Assembly: GCA_963708025.1 (NCBI GenBank)
Contig: CAVPSB010000025.1
Location: forward strand, 96,001-160,000
DNA: 64,000 nt
Origin: an uncultured Candidatus Rokubacteria bacterium
GTDB taxonomy: Bacteria; Methylomirabilota; Methylomirabilia; Rokubacteriales; DASRDR01
Reading direction: 5' to 3'
The translations under genes and the position numbers were made by a program. Positions 39,638 to 50,387 of this stretch are shown here, one piece after another. The notes under the pieces were generated by a model. It was not told where the DNA came from, ran no database searches, and worked only from the letters and a program-made list of their open reading frames with translations. Numbering within the stretch: position 1 is the first letter of the stretch; each line of letters opens with the position of its first letter.

Positions 39638-40657
39638 ATGAGCCTCAAGGACAGCGGGCAGTACTACCACGAGGTGCTCAAGCGCATCCCGCCCCAGGCG
39701 TTGCCCGTCTTCGAGGACGAGGCGATGCAGGAGCGGGTCTGGGGCCGGCGGTGGGGCGTCTACACCGACGTCGGCACCCTGCGGCTCGTCCTGGTCCACC
39801 GGCCGGGCGACGAGATCCGCCTGATGACCGCCGACCGCTACGATCCGACCATCGAGGCGTTGATCGACGACGACGCCCAGTGGTACTGGCGCGGCGACCG
39901 CGCCCCCGACCTCGCGAAGATGCAGCAGGAGCACGACGCGATGGTGGCGGCCCTCCGCCGCGAGGGCGTGGAGGTCGTCCACGTCAACGGGTCGCCGGCC
40001 GACCCGAAGGCGATGTACACGCGCGACAACGGCGTGGTCGTCCGCGGCGGCGTCATCGTCTGCCGGATGGGTCCGGTCGGGACCCGGCCGGGCACCGGGC
40101 GGCGCGGCGAGGAGGCCTACGTCACGCGCGCGCTGGCCGGCCTCGGGATGCCGATCTTGCGGACCATCCACGGGATCGGGCTCTTCGAGGGCGGGAGCTT
40201 CGCCCTCCTGGACGAGACGACCGCGGTGGTCGGGCTCTCCTACCGGCAGAACGAGGAGGCGGCGCGCCAGATCGAGGAGGTGCTGGCGGTGCAGGGGATC
40301 CGGCTGATCCGCGTCCCGCTGGCCGGCCACGCGCTCCACATCGACGGCCAGATCGTGATGGTGGACCACGGCCTGGCGCTGATCAACCTGGAGCGGACGC
40401 CGTACTGGTTCCTGGACACCCTCCGGGAGCTGAAGATCCGCTGGGTCGAGGTGCACCACGCCGACAACCCCCGGGTGGTGAACTGCCTGGCCGTCCGCCC
40501 GGGCAAGGTGCTCCTGGCCATCAACAACGGCGACGGCACCGCCGGGCGCCTCGCCGACCACGGGGTCGAGGTGGTGCCGCTCGACTACGCGGAGTCCCAG
40601 CAAAACGGCGGCGGCATCCACTGCTCCACGCTGCCGCTCATTCGCGACCGCGACTGA
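39638..40657 (+). CDS. Arginine deiminase/DDAH/amidinotransferase superfamily enzyme
   Basis: YTRD, RRGE, EGG, HID and GGGIHCST catalytic motifs. Confidence 0.88.
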   Translation: MSLKDSGQYYHEVLKRIPPQALPVFEDEAMQERVWGRRWGVYTDVGTLRLVLVHRPGDEIRLMTADRYDPTIEALIDDDAQWYWRGDRAPDLAKMQQEHDAMVAALRREGVEVVHVNGSPADPKAMYTRDNGVVVRGGVIVCRMGPVGTRPGTGRRGEEAYVTRALAGLGMPILRTIHGIGLFEGGSFALLDETTAVVGLSYRQNEEAARQIEEVLAVQGIRLIRVPLAGHALHIDGQIVMVDHGLALINLERTPYWFLDTLRELKIRWVEVHHADNPRVVNCLAVRPGKVLLAINNGDGTAGRLADHGVEVVPLDYAESQQNGGGIHCSTLPLIRDRD

Positions 40658-40726
40658 CCGTCAGACCTTCCGGAGGGGTAGTCAACATGATGCCCTGTTC
40701 TTGGCCGTCGCCCCCCGGGGGGTGTT

Positions 40727-42301
40727 GTGCGTCGTCGCGCCAGACACGAGTTCTTCCCCAATGTGCCGGTGCGTGCTGACCTCAGTGGCAACCGGGCGTT
40801 CTTCGATTGCAGCAAGACTGAGCACGTGCTGAAGTGGAGCCACGACCCAGGCTCGACCCCACACCAGATCAGGGCCGCGGTGGGTGAGATCCATCGATTA
40901 GTGCGTCGGTTCACTCCTCAGTCCGCGCGCAAACTCGTGCGGCGTAGGCTGGAACTGGGTCAGCGACTCTGCCAGGACGTCCATGTCTCGCTGAGTCGGC
41001 TCAACAGGACGGCGTTCGCGGGCGTCTGGTCCAGGGGGCGCCGCTACGAAGGGTCCCCCGGGCTGCGGCTGGACCGGCTCCCCACGATCCTCAGGAACGC
41101 CGAGGCCAGCCTCGCCGACAACATCATGCCGTTCTGGACGCGCAACACCTGGGACGAAGAGGGCGGAGGGTTCATCACCCACCTCGACCGGACAGGTGAA
41201 CGGCTGGGTCCCACTGACAAGCACCTCGTGATGCAAGCGCGAATGATCTGGACCCTGGCCGCGGCGCATCGGCACGGCCTCGCTCATCGGGGCTACCTCG
41301 AGCGGGCCGGCCAGGGCGTGAGGTTCCTGAAGGAGCGGATGTGGGACCCCGAGCACTCCGGTTTCTTCTGGAGAGTCGGGCGCGACGGGCAGCCCGTGGA
41401 CGCGCGCAAGGTCACGTACGGCCACGCATTCGCGATATATGCTCTCGCCGAGTTCGCGATGGCCTCGGGCGATGCGGGTGCTCTTGGCTGGGCCGAGACG
41501 GTGTTCGATGTTCTCTATGAGAAGGCCGATGACGGAGAGCTGGGGGTCAGAGAGGAGTTCGCGCGCGACTGGAGGGTTCCCCCGGGGAATGGTCAGGAAC
41601 GCAAGACCGTGAACACCCATCTGCACCTTCTGGAGGGCCTGACGACCCTCGCAAGAGCGTCCGGGAAAGGCCGGCACGCCACGGCCCTTCGGAGGATTCT
41701 GGAGGTCCTGCTCGTCAAGGGTCTCCACCTCCGGGATCGCTGCGCACTGGATTGTCACTTCGACCGCGCGTGGCGGCTGGGATCGCGCCGCGAGGGCAAG
41801 CTCGTCACCTCCTACGGTCACAACGTCGAGCTCGCGTGGCTGATCCTCGACGCCGTGGACACCCTCGGCGAGCCACGCGCCACGGTCCGCGAGAGCGTCC
41901 TTGGCCTCATCGACCACGCCCTGACGTACGGCTTCGACCGGACGCGCGGAGGTGTGGCGAGGTACGGACCCTCCGCGGGGAGCGCAGTCTGTGCCCTGTA
42001 TCTCGACAAGGAACGGCTCGCGAAGCACTGGTGGGAACAGGCCGAGATGCTTATCGCGACCATCGAGGCGTACCGCTGGACCGGCGACACGAAGTACCTG
42101 ACCGCCTTCGAGAAGCAGTTCGACTGGGTCTGGACCTATCAGACGGACCACGACGGCGGTGACTGGTTTGAAGCCACGACATGGGACGGCCGGCCTCTCA
42201 TTTTGAACAAGGGGCACGAGTGGAAGTGCCCCTACCACTCCGCCCGAGCCCTGATCCGCGTGTCAGAGGCCCTTCGCGCCATGGGCGTCAGGCCGGAGTA
42301 G
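40727..42301 (+). CDS. AGE family (cellobiose/N-acylglucosamine 2-epimerase) protein; start uncertain
   Basis: QARMIW, YGHAFAIYAL, NTHLHLLE, SYGHNVE, WWEQAE and WKCPYH motifs. Confidence 0.85.
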   Translation: MRRRARHEFFPNVPVRADLSGNRAFFDCSKTEHVLKWSHDPGSTPHQIRAAVGEIHRLVRRFTPQSARKLVRRRLELGQRLCQDVHVSLSRLNRTAFAGVWSRGRRYEGSPGLRLDRLPTILRNAEASLADNIMPFWTRNTWDEEGGGFITHLDRTGERLGPTDKHLVMQARMIWTLAAAHRHGLAHRGYLERAGQGVRFLKERMWDPEHSGFFWRVGRDGQPVDARKVTYGHAFAIYALAEFAMASGDAGALGWAETVFDVLYEKADDGELGVREEFARDWRVPPGNGQERKTVNTHLHLLEGLTTLARASGKGRHATALRRILEVLLVKGLHLRDRCALDCHFDRAWRLGSRREGKLVTSYGHNVELAWLILDAVDTLGEPRATVRESVLGLIDHALTYGFDRTRGGVARYGPSAGSAVCALYLDKERLAKHWWEQAEMLIATIEAYRWTGDTKYLTAFEKQFDWVWTYQTDHDGGDWFEATTWDGRPLILNKGHEWKCPYHSARALIRVSEALRAMGVRPE

Positions 42302-42346
42302 CCTATGCGCTCTTCTCGACGTCGGAGTTCTACAACACGGACCGCC

Positions 42347-42979
42347 TCAGGCGGAGAGGATCCGCTCGCTGACGATGAAGCGCTTGTTGTAGGTGTACGG
42401 CCGCACCTCGGGCCTCCAGCGCCCGATGTCCGAGGTGTCGTTCCAGAGCTTGGACATCGGCAGGTCGGTCCGCTCCACCTCGTAGGCGCAGAGATACCGC
42501 GGCTCCCCGGCGGCGGTGGTCCGGTAGCGCACGGCGTTCACGGAGCCGGGCAGCTTGAGCAGCAGGGGCAGGTGCTCGGTGTCGTAGAGCTCGTTGAAGA
42601 GCGCCTCGCGGTGGGGCTCCACGTCCATCATGACCCAGAACACGCACGGGGTCTTGCCGGTGAGGGCGGCGGCCCCGCCCACCCACTCGTAGACCACGAG
42701 GTGGCGGTTCATGGTGTGCGGGCGCACCGCCGTCGGCCACCGGCCCGCCTCCCCCGCCGCCTTGAAGGCCGGGCTCTGGATCACACCCGGCCCGTCCAGC
42801 TCGTAGGCGGCGAGGTAGCGGGGTTCGGTGGGCGAGGGCTGCCGGTAGCGGCTGGCCCGCCGCACCCCCGCCACCGCGCGGAGGTTCGGGACGTGCTCGC
42901 GGTCGTACACCTCGTTGAAGGTGGCCTCGTGGTCGTGGGCCACGTCCATCCGCACCAGGTAGAGCGCGTGTGCCGCCAT
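42347..42979 (-). CDS. Tandem dimeric alpha+beta barrel (EthD/DUF4286-like) protein
   Basis: Two repeats of MDV..FNE.YD.EH.P.L..G...RY. Confidence 0.7.
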   Translation of the reverse strand: MAAHALYLVRMDVAHDHEATFNEVYDREHVPNLRAVAGVRRASRYRQPSPTEPRYLAAYELDGPGVIQSPAFKAAGEAGRWPTAVRPHTMNRHLVVYEWVGGAAALTGKTPCVFWVMMDVEPHREALFNELYDTEHLPLLLKLPGSVNAVRYRTTAAGEPRYLCAYEVERTDLPMSKLWNDTSDIGRWRPEVRPYTYNKRFIVSERILSA

Positions 42980-43096
42980 ACGATCCCTCCCGAGGGCGGC
43001 TGTCCGCGGGCCGCCGTCGGGCGGGATTCTACCCCGGGAGCGCCGCCGCCAGATAGTCGCGGTTCATCCGGGCGATGACGTCTCCTGCACGCCCTC

Positions 43097-44653
43097 TCAG
43101 CCGTAAGGGGTGCGCCAGCGGAAGTGGTAGCGCGGGCCGGGTGTCGGCCCGCCGCAGTCCCCGGAGGCGTGGCCGGCGTGTACCAGGTACAGCTCGTCCT
43201 TGTCGCGACCGATCCGGACCGCGCGCTCGAGCCCGAAGCAGGGCGCCAGGAGGCCGGCGGGGCCGAGCAGCCACCGGTTCTTGCCCTCTCGCAGCCACGC
43301 CGCGGCGCGCGGCACCTCTGCGGGGGTCTCGCGGTAGCCCCAGTGCACCAGCGGGTTCCGAGCATGGAGCCAGTAGCCGTCGCGCCAGCCGACAAGCGCG
43401 AGCTCGGCGTCCGGACCGATCCGGCCGGCCACCCGGGCCATCAGCGCGCGACGCGAGTCACCGCCGGCCTGGAGCCAGGGCTCCGCCAGCACGTACGTCA
43501 GCAAGCCGGCGAGGTAGGCGACGACCGCCAACCGGACGAGGCGGCGCCGGCCCGGGATCCGGATCAGCCGGCGGATCTGCCACAGGACGACGGGCGCCGC
43601 GGCGAGCGCCAGGGCCGGCAGCGCGGGGACGACGTACACCTTCCGCTTGCCGGTGCTCAGGCTGAAGAACAGAACGACGAGCACGATCCACCCGAGCAGC
43701 AGCAGGAGGCGGCCGTCTCCCCGCGCGAGCTTGCGCCACCACCCGGGGACCAGCCAGGGCAGGAGCGCCACGGTCGGCAGCCAGTAGAGCGGGATCACTT
43801 CCACCGCGAAATACCAGAACGGCTCCCGGTGCTGCCACGCGGCGACCAGCCGCTCGCCGGTCTGCCGGAGGAAGAGGTCGCGGAGGTAGGCGGCCAGCGC
43901 CGGGTCGCTCGAGCCGGCCACCCGCACCCCCAGCGGACCGAGCCAGACCAGCGTGGCCGCGACGAGGCAGAGCGGGCCGAGCCACCAGCGGCGGTCACCC
44001 CCCGCCGGGGGGACCAGCCACCGCGCCCGGCGGCGGAGACCGACGGCGTAGGGCACGAACAGGAGCAGGGGCAGGAACCCGACGCCCTTGGTCACGATGC
44101 CCAGCCCCATGGCGGCCCAGGCGACGGCGTACCAGCCCCAGCTGGGGCCGAGCGCGAGGTGGCGGACCAGGCCGTAGAGCCCCAGCGTGGTCCAGAGGAC
44201 GAGCAGGCCGTCGATCTGGCCGTCGCGGAGCACGTCCACCCACTGCCAGGTGGCGAGCAGCAGCAGGCCGGCCGCGAGGCCGACCCGGCGCTGCCAGAGC
44301 CGCGCGCCGAGGTCCTGGACGAGCGCGACCGACACGAGCGCGGCGACCAGCGCCGGGAGCCGGAGCGCCAGCGCCGCCGAGCCGGTGAGCCACGTCCCCA
44401 GGGCCACGAGCCAGAAGAAGAGCGGGGGCTTGTCGGAATACACCTCGCCGGCCCGGTGCGGTATCAGCCACTCGCCCTCCTGGAGCATCTCGAGGGCGAT
44501 CCCGGCGAACCGCTCCTCGTCAACGCCCGAGGGCTCGCGCCACCCGATGCCGGGTCCGATCAGGAGGAGGGTGAGGCCGAGCAGCAGCCAGCGGTCGCGG
44601 GTCGCCGAGCGGCCGCGGGCCCGGCCGAGGTGAGAGAGGGTCGCGATGATCAC
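43097..44653 (-). CDS. ArnT/PMT-like membrane glycosyltransferase
   Basis: DEERF, DKPPLFFW, TKG and HREPFWYF motifs. Confidence 0.85.
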   Translation of the reverse strand: MIIATLSHLGRARGRSATRDRWLLLGLTLLLIGPGIGWREPSGVDEERFAGIALEMLQEGEWLIPHRAGEVYSDKPPLFFWLVALGTWLTGSAALALRLPALVAALVSVALVQDLGARLWQRRVGLAAGLLLLATWQWVDVLRDGQIDGLLVLWTTLGLYGLVRHLALGPSWGWYAVAWAAMGLGIVTKGVGFLPLLLFVPYAVGLRRRARWLVPPAGGDRRWWLGPLCLVAATLVWLGPLGVRVAGSSDPALAAYLRDLFLRQTGERLVAAWQHREPFWYFAVEVIPLYWLPTVALLPWLVPGWWRKLARGDGRLLLLLGWIVLVVLFFSLSTGKRKVYVVPALPALALAAAPVVLWQIRRLIRIPGRRRLVRLAVVAYLAGLLTYVLAEPWLQAGGDSRRALMARVAGRIGPDAELALVGWRDGYWLHARNPLVHWGYRETPAEVPRAAAWLREGKNRWLLGPAGLLAPCFGLERAVRIGRDKDELYLVHAGHASGDCGGPTPGPRYHFRWRTPYG

Positions 44654-44761
44654 CGGACCATGTGCCTCGTCCCGACAGGATAGCAGTCCGCGGGGCCGCC
44701 GGGGCCTTGCGTGGCCCGGGCGGAGGGCATATCGTGCGGGCGACGGCCGAGGTGTCGAGCG

Positions 44762-45481
44762 GTGACAGGGCAAGCGAGCCGGGTCCTTCTCGTCGTGGTC
44801 CCGATCCTGGGGATCGTCGGCTACTACTGCGGCCTCCTGCTGGCACCCCAGCCGTTCCGGCGGTGGTTCCTCTCCGAGCAGGGCGTGATCGAGATCCTCA
44901 CCGCCGTGTTCTTCGGGGCCGCCGGGGTCGTCGGGCTCGCCCTCGCGGCGAGGACCCGGGGGGTGGTCCGGCCCCTGTACCGGGCCTTCTACGTCGGCTT
45001 CGCGCTCGCCGCCCTGTTCGTCGCGTTCGAGGAGATCAGCTGGGGCCAGCACCTGCTCGGCTTCGAGAGCCCGCCCTGGTTCGCCGAGCGGAACGCCCAG
45101 CGCGAGACGAACCTCCACAACCTGTTCGGGCACACGCCGAACCGCAAGCTCCACGACCTGGCGGTCGTCGTCTTCACCACGGGCGGCATCGTGCTGCCGG
45201 CCGTGGCCCGGCTCCGGCCCGCCGCCTACGCGCGGGACCGCTGGGCCCACTATCTGCTGCCGCACGGCGAGCTGGTCGCCCTGGCCGCCCTGGCCGCGCT
45301 GCTCCGGCTCTTCCGCTCGATGCCGCCGTCGCCGATCACCGGCCGGAACCTGGGGCTCGCCGAGCCCATGGAGCTGTACTTCGGCGCCGCGGCCCTGGTC
45401 TATGTGCTGGTCCTGTGGCGTCGCCTGGTGGCGCCCGGCGTCGCCGCGCCGGCCGGCGCCCTCGCCTCCGACCGGCGCTGA
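44762..45481 (+). CDS. Hypothetical membrane protein
   Basis: Multi-TM; EEISWGQ and NAQRETNLHN motif. Confidence 0.7.
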   Translation: MTGQASRVLLVVVPILGIVGYYCGLLLAPQPFRRWFLSEQGVIEILTAVFFGAAGVVGLALAARTRGVVRPLYRAFYVGFALAALFVAFEEISWGQHLLGFESPPWFAERNAQRETNLHNLFGHTPNRKLHDLAVVVFTTGGIVLPAVARLRPAAYARDRWAHYLLPHGELVALAALAALLRLFRSMPPSPITGRNLGLAEPMELYFGAAALVYVLVLWRRLVAPGVAAPAGALASDRR

Positions 45482-45719
45482 CCGCCGCCGCGTCACGCGC
45501 GCGTCGGCCGCGGCGCGCAGCAGAAGTTCGGCCAAGGTTCTGATCAACTCCTGCTGCTGGGGGCGGCCAGCTCGATCCGGAGCTCGGACTCGGCGGGCGG
45601 GAACAGCGGGATTTGGGTGGGGATCGATGGCTTCTACACCGCCGGTGGCATCCACAACTACTTCTGGAAAGCTAGGCCTCTGCGAACCGTCTGAGTTCTG
45701 AAGCCCCTGCGCGCAGGTG

Positions 45720-47219
45720 TTATTTCGCCGGGTGTTCGATAGGCCCAATCAGGCTGTCTTCCAGCTTTTCGTTCTCGAACCCGAGCGCCTCGTCGGCAAT
45801 CCGCTTGAAGTCGCGCGCGAGCTCGATCATGGTCTGGCGGTCCCGGGGATTCTCGATTCCGTCGATCGGCGGCATCGAGTTCTCCTCGAGGACCGTGATG
45901 ATCCGGTTGCGACCGGCCAGGGCCTGGTTGGGGAAGTTGAAGAACTCCAGCATGTTCATCTTGGCCTGGTTTGTCGGCGTATGGCACTCGAAGCACTTGA
46001 ACTGATTGAACCCGAGCGCGAGCTTCCGGTAGGCCGAGTCCAACTCCTTCACGTGCGGGTTCGTCGGGGTGAACAGGGACGAGTAGAGCGTGACCCGCGG
46101 CTCCGCCTGGTCTGCCTCGTGGTTGGCTCCCGGGCTGAACCAGTGCCACTTGTGATCCCACGTCTTGGCCACCTTCGGCCTGGACTTGTCCGCCACGGCC
46201 GAGCGGACGGCCCCCTTGAGCTTGCCCTCCTGGTAGACGAGGATCACCTCGGTCGCGTAGTTGTACGCGTCCCACTTCTTCTCGGAATGCCAGAAGGGAT
46301 AGGGATACTCGCCCGCGTCGAGCTGTCCTCGGAAGTGGGCCGGCATGTGGAGAATGGCCTGATCGCCGATGCGCTCCACGCGGTAGTTCTTGTCGAACAT
46401 GAAGAGAGACAGGTACATCTTGCGGTACACCAGCGGATTGAAGCGATTCGACGCGAAATGCTCCAGGTCGTAGTCTCCAGCGGCTTTTTGTCCTCCCCAG
46501 AGAAACGGCTCCCGCATCCGGGTCTTCAGGATCTCCGACTGCGCCAGCTTCTCGCCGCAGGCGTCGCGCGCCTTGGCGTCCGTTGGGTGCGCCAAGGGGC
46601 ACGCCTCCGCGATGGCCGCCGCGATCTTCTCTGGAATGTCCGGAGAGTCCACCGCTTCGTTCTCGCGCGAGCTTCGTACCGTGTTCAACAACGCGATGCC
46701 GGCCTCGGCCCAGTCCAGGATGGCCTTTCGTTCGTTCTCGGTCAGGCGATGAGTCCAATGAACGAGCGTGTATTCCACCGGCGGCATGCTCCGGTCCAGC
46801 ACGGAGTCGCGGAGCCGCGCAATGAACTCATGGGCTGCGCCGACACGGCCGACGGGGAACCCGCCTGAGAAATCGAACTGCACGCGCCCCCTGCGGATGT
46901 GGTCCTCGATGAACGGCTGGCTCCAATAGCTCAGGATGGGAATGGAGTAGTAGAGCGGGCGCTCGGGCGTCGCGGTGTGGCACGCGGCGCACTTGACGAC
47001 CAGAATCGGCTGAATCTGCGTCTGATAGGTCGTGACGACTGACTCGGGGGTTGGCGGGGACGCGTCCGTGGTTCGGCCCACGTCGGTGAGGACCGCGGAC
47101 GCCTGGACCGCCAATCCCACGAGCAGGATGATTACTCCGCGCAAGAATCCGACTCGCGCGATGGGCGTTCGTCCGCCTGCACCATGGCGGGCTTGCCTTC
47201 GGCCATCCAGCGAGAGCAT
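45720..47219 (-). CDS. Diheme c-type cytochrome with N-terminal heme-binding domain
   Basis: CAACH...MPP and CFECH...MPP; N-terminal hydrophobic segment; visibly lower GC than neighbours. Confidence 0.8.
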   Translation of the reverse strand: MLSLDGRRQARHGAGGRTPIARVGFLRGVIILLVGLAVQASAVLTDVGRTTDASPPTPESVVTTYQTQIQPILVVKCAACHTATPERPLYYSIPILSYWSQPFIEDHIRRGRVQFDFSGGFPVGRVGAAHEFIARLRDSVLDRSMPPVEYTLVHWTHRLTENERKAILDWAEAGIALLNTVRSSRENEAVDSPDIPEKIAAAIAEACPLAHPTDAKARDACGEKLAQSEILKTRMREPFLWGGQKAAGDYDLEHFASNRFNPLVYRKMYLSLFMFDKNYRVERIGDQAILHMPAHFRGQLDAGEYPYPFWHSEKKWDAYNYATEVILVYQEGKLKGAVRSAVADKSRPKVAKTWDHKWHWFSPGANHEADQAEPRVTLYSSLFTPTNPHVKELDSAYRKLALGFNQFKCFECHTPTNQAKMNMLEFFNFPNQALAGRNRIITVLEENSMPPIDGIENPRDRQTMIELARDFKRIADEALGFENEKLEDSLIGPIEHPAK

Positions 47220-47469
47220 CTGCGGCTCCTGTTCAGGGTTTGCGCTTTCGCGAGACGCTCGCGAAGGCGCGACCGAGTGTCAACTTCAAGCTGCTGCCGT
47301 TGATATAGCAACGGCCGTGCCACAAAGAATTATTCCAGCAGTCTCAAGTGGATAGTGGAACAATCGAGGGCCCAGTGATGGTCAGAAATTGCCCGGCGGC
47401 ATCTCTCCGGCAAGTTATCGTCCAGCGGGGATTTTCACGATGAAGGGGCCAGGGGCGGAGGGGCCGACC

Positions 47470-47640
47470 CGAGCGTCGGGTGCCCGAAGAACTATGGAAG
47501 CTGTCGAACTCGCACGGCGCCGTCAAGTCGCGGTGGAAGAACAGGTAACCACCCTCCGGTGTCCGCCGGGTCGTGCTCCAGCACCAGCCAGCCGATCTCC
47601 TGCCGTCGAAACTCGGCTGGAACCTGAGCGGTATACCGGC
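47470..47640 (-). pseudogene. Frameshifted fragment of a small hypothetical protein
   Basis: EIGWLVLEHDPADTGGW / YLFFHRDLTAPCEFDSFH joined by a +1 shift. Confidence 0.35.
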
Positions 47641-47649
47641 TCCCGGAAG

Positions 47650-48891
47650 TCAGGCGGTCGCCTCGTGGGCGGTGAGAGCCAGCACGCGGGTGCAGAGGAA
47701 GATGTCGGCGAGGTACGTGTAGACGTCGTGGTAGTCGGTGTAGCCGCCGAGCGGCCCGTAGATGCAGCAGGGGATCCCGGCCGCCCACAGGTGGGTGGTG
47801 TCGTTCCCGGCGTAGCTGTAGGGGAGGCGCACGCCGAGGTGCTCGGGCTCGTCGCCGCTCACGCGCTTCAGGTTTCGCTTGACCATCTGGACGATGGGCT
47901 CGGTGATTGGTACATCTACCGCCGCCTTGGCCAGCCGGCCGAGGCCGCGCTCGAGGGCCGGCGGGAACTCGATCTCGTAGGCGAACTCGGGGTCCTCGGC
48001 CTTCAGGGCGTCGAGCGTCCGGCGGAGGTCGGCCAGGACCGTCTCGCCGCTCTGGCTCGCGTTGAAGCGGACGTTGACGTAGGCCGAGCAGAAGTCGCTC
48101 ACCGTGTAGGCGCCCCGGAGGTTGTAGCTCCGGCCCCGGCCGCCGATCACCGAGCCCACGTTGAGCCGGGGGAGCCCGGGGAGGTCGGGGTCGTGGGTGC
48201 AGGTGAACCGCATGGCGTTGATCGCCGCGATGGCGCGCATCATCTTGGCGATGGCGTCCGAGCCCTGCTCCTTCCGGCTGATGTGCATGGCCCGGCCGAG
48301 CGTGTGCACCACGACGTCCATCGACCCGGTGTGCTTGGTCAGGATGGTCCGGGCCCCGTAGGGCTCGGCGACCACCGCCACGTCGGTCCGGCCGCCGTGC
48401 TGGATCGCGTGGAGGGTGCCGATCCCGCTGTTCAGCTCGGCCGCCACGCAGGCCAGCACCACGTCGCCGCGGAGCGGCACCCCGGAGCGCTCGAGGGCCA
48501 GGGTGGCCAGGATGATCGCCGTCACCCCGGCCTTCATGTTGTAGATGCCGTGGCCGTAGAGCTTGCCGTCGGCGATCCACGGGGAGAACGGATCGCGGGT
48601 CCAGCCGGTGGCCAGCGGGTCGATGTCGATGTGGCCGTTCAGCATGATCGAGCGGCCACCCCCCGTGCCCCGCAGCCGGGCGACCGCCTGCTTCCGGCCC
48701 GGCTCGATCTCCTGGAGCTCGACCTCCAGGCCCTGGTCGCCCAGGTAGCCTGCCAGCCACTCGGCGCAGGGGGTCTCCTCGGTGGTGAACGAGGGGATCC
48801 GGACGAGGTCCGAGGCCAAGCGGACGATCTCGTCGTCGTCAACCCGGGCCAGGATGGCCCGCTCGGCCTCGGTCAGGCCGGGGTCCCTCAT
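47650..48891 (-). CDS. M20 family metallo-amidohydrolase (ArgE/DapE-like)
   Basis: LNGHID, GHGIYNMKAG, AAE, AEP and YGP motifs. Confidence 0.88.
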   Translation of the reverse strand: MRDPGLTEAERAILARVDDDEIVRLASDLVRIPSFTTEETPCAEWLAGYLGDQGLEVELQEIEPGRKQAVARLRGTGGGRSIMLNGHIDIDPLATGWTRDPFSPWIADGKLYGHGIYNMKAGVTAIILATLALERSGVPLRGDVVLACVAAELNSGIGTLHAIQHGGRTDVAVVAEPYGARTILTKHTGSMDVVVHTLGRAMHISRKEQGSDAIAKMMRAIAAINAMRFTCTHDPDLPGLPRLNVGSVIGGRGRSYNLRGAYTVSDFCSAYVNVRFNASQSGETVLADLRRTLDALKAEDPEFAYEIEFPPALERGLGRLAKAAVDVPITEPIVQMVKRNLKRVSGDEPEHLGVRLPYSYAGNDTTHLWAAGIPCCIYGPLGGYTDYHDVYTYLADIFLCTRVLALTAHEATA

Positions 48892-48921
48892 CACGGTCCC
48901 GGGAGTCGCTCCCATTCGGCT

Positions 48922-49017
48922 CCCTCTCCCTTCCAGGGAGAGGGCTGGGGTGAGGGTCCACAGGAGCGCGTGGTCTCCCCCTCACCCTGACCCTCTCCCC
49001 CGGGTGGGGGAGAGGGA
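48922..49017. repeat. REP-like family D element
   Basis: Matches 36939-37037. Confidence 0.8.
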
Positions 49018-49030
49018 ACAGGCGGTGGAG

Positions 49031-50387
49031 CTAGAACGAGCGGATCAGGCGCTCGACGCGCTCGTCGTGGGCCTGGAACGGGTCCTTGCAGAGGATGGTC
49101 TCGCGCTCCGGGTCGTTCAGCTTCAGGTAGACCCAGTCGAACGCGGTAGTCCTTCCCCTTGAGATTGGCCCGGCGGATGAACTCCCCCCGCAGCCGGGCG
49201 CGGGTGGTCTGGGGCGGGGTGTGCTTGGCCTGCTCGATGGCCTCGTCCGTGGACAGCCGCTCGATCATGTCCTTCTGGACGAGCCGGTAGTAGAGCCCGC
49301 GGTCCGGCCGGATGTCGTGGTACTGGAGATCGATCAGCGAGACCCGCGGGTCCCGCCAGGAGAGCCGGTGCCGGGCCATGTAGTTCTCGATGAGGTCCTT
49401 CTTGATGACCCAGTCGATTTCGCGCCAGCACGACATCGGGTCCGTCTCGAGGCGGTCCAGGAGATCGGTCCAGCGATCGAGGACGTCCCGGGTCACCGAG
49501 TCGGGCTCCTGGTGGTCGTAGTAGTTGCGGGAGGCCTCCAGGTACTCGCGCTGGATCTCCAGCGCGCTCATGGACCGGCCGTCCTTCAGCTTCACGGTCT
49601 CCCGGAGGGTGGGGTCGTGCGAGATGTCGCGGATGGCCTGGACCGGCGACTGCAGGCTGAAGTCCCGGTCGAAGTAGCCGTCCTCGATCATGTCGAGCAC
49701 GATGGCGGTGGTCCCGACCTTCAGGTACGTCGCGATCTCGGACATGTTCGAGTCGCCCACGATGACGTGGAGGCGGCGGTAGCGCTCGGCGTCGGCGTGG
49801 GGCTCGTCCCGCGTGTTGATGATCGAGCGGGAGGACGTGGTGGCGCCGGAGATCTCCTGGCAGATGTGCTGGGCCCGCTGGGACAGGCAGTAGTGGAAGC
49901 CGCGCGGGGTCTGGAGGACCTTGCCGGCTCCCGCGAAGATCTGGCGGGTGACGAAGAACGGGATCAGGGCCTCGGCCAGCCGCTGGAAGGAGACGTCCCG
50001 CGAGACCAGGTAGTTCTCGTGGCAGCCGTACGAGTTCCCGGCCGAGTCGGTGTTGTTCTTGAAGAGGAGGATGTTCCCGGAGATGCCGTCCTCCCGGAGC
50101 CGCTTCTCGGCCTGGTGGAGGAGGTCCTCGACGATCCGCTCCCCGGCCTTGTCGTGGATGCACAGCTCCATGATGTCGTCGCACTCCGGCGTGGCGTACT
50201 CCGGGTGGAAGCCGGTGTCGAGGTACAGGCGGGCGCCGTTCTCCAGGAAGACGTTGGCGTTGCGGGCCCCCGGGATCACCTTCTCGAAGAGGTACCGGGC
50301 GACGTTGTCGGGGGACAGCCGCCGCTGGCCGTTCAGCGTGCAGGTCAGGCCGTACTCGTTCTCCAGGCCCATGATGCGACGCTTCAT
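49031..50387 (-). CDS. pafA: Pup-protein ligase; +1 frameshift near 49140
   Basis: [34 protein letters not shown]-terminal [15 protein letters not shown] is in the next frame. Confidence 0.93.

Noticed and set aside
47650-48891. M20 hydrolase as a dedicated proteasome partner
   Set aside because: It is only adjacent, is separated by a repeat, and is ArgE/DapE-like with no evidence of linkage.
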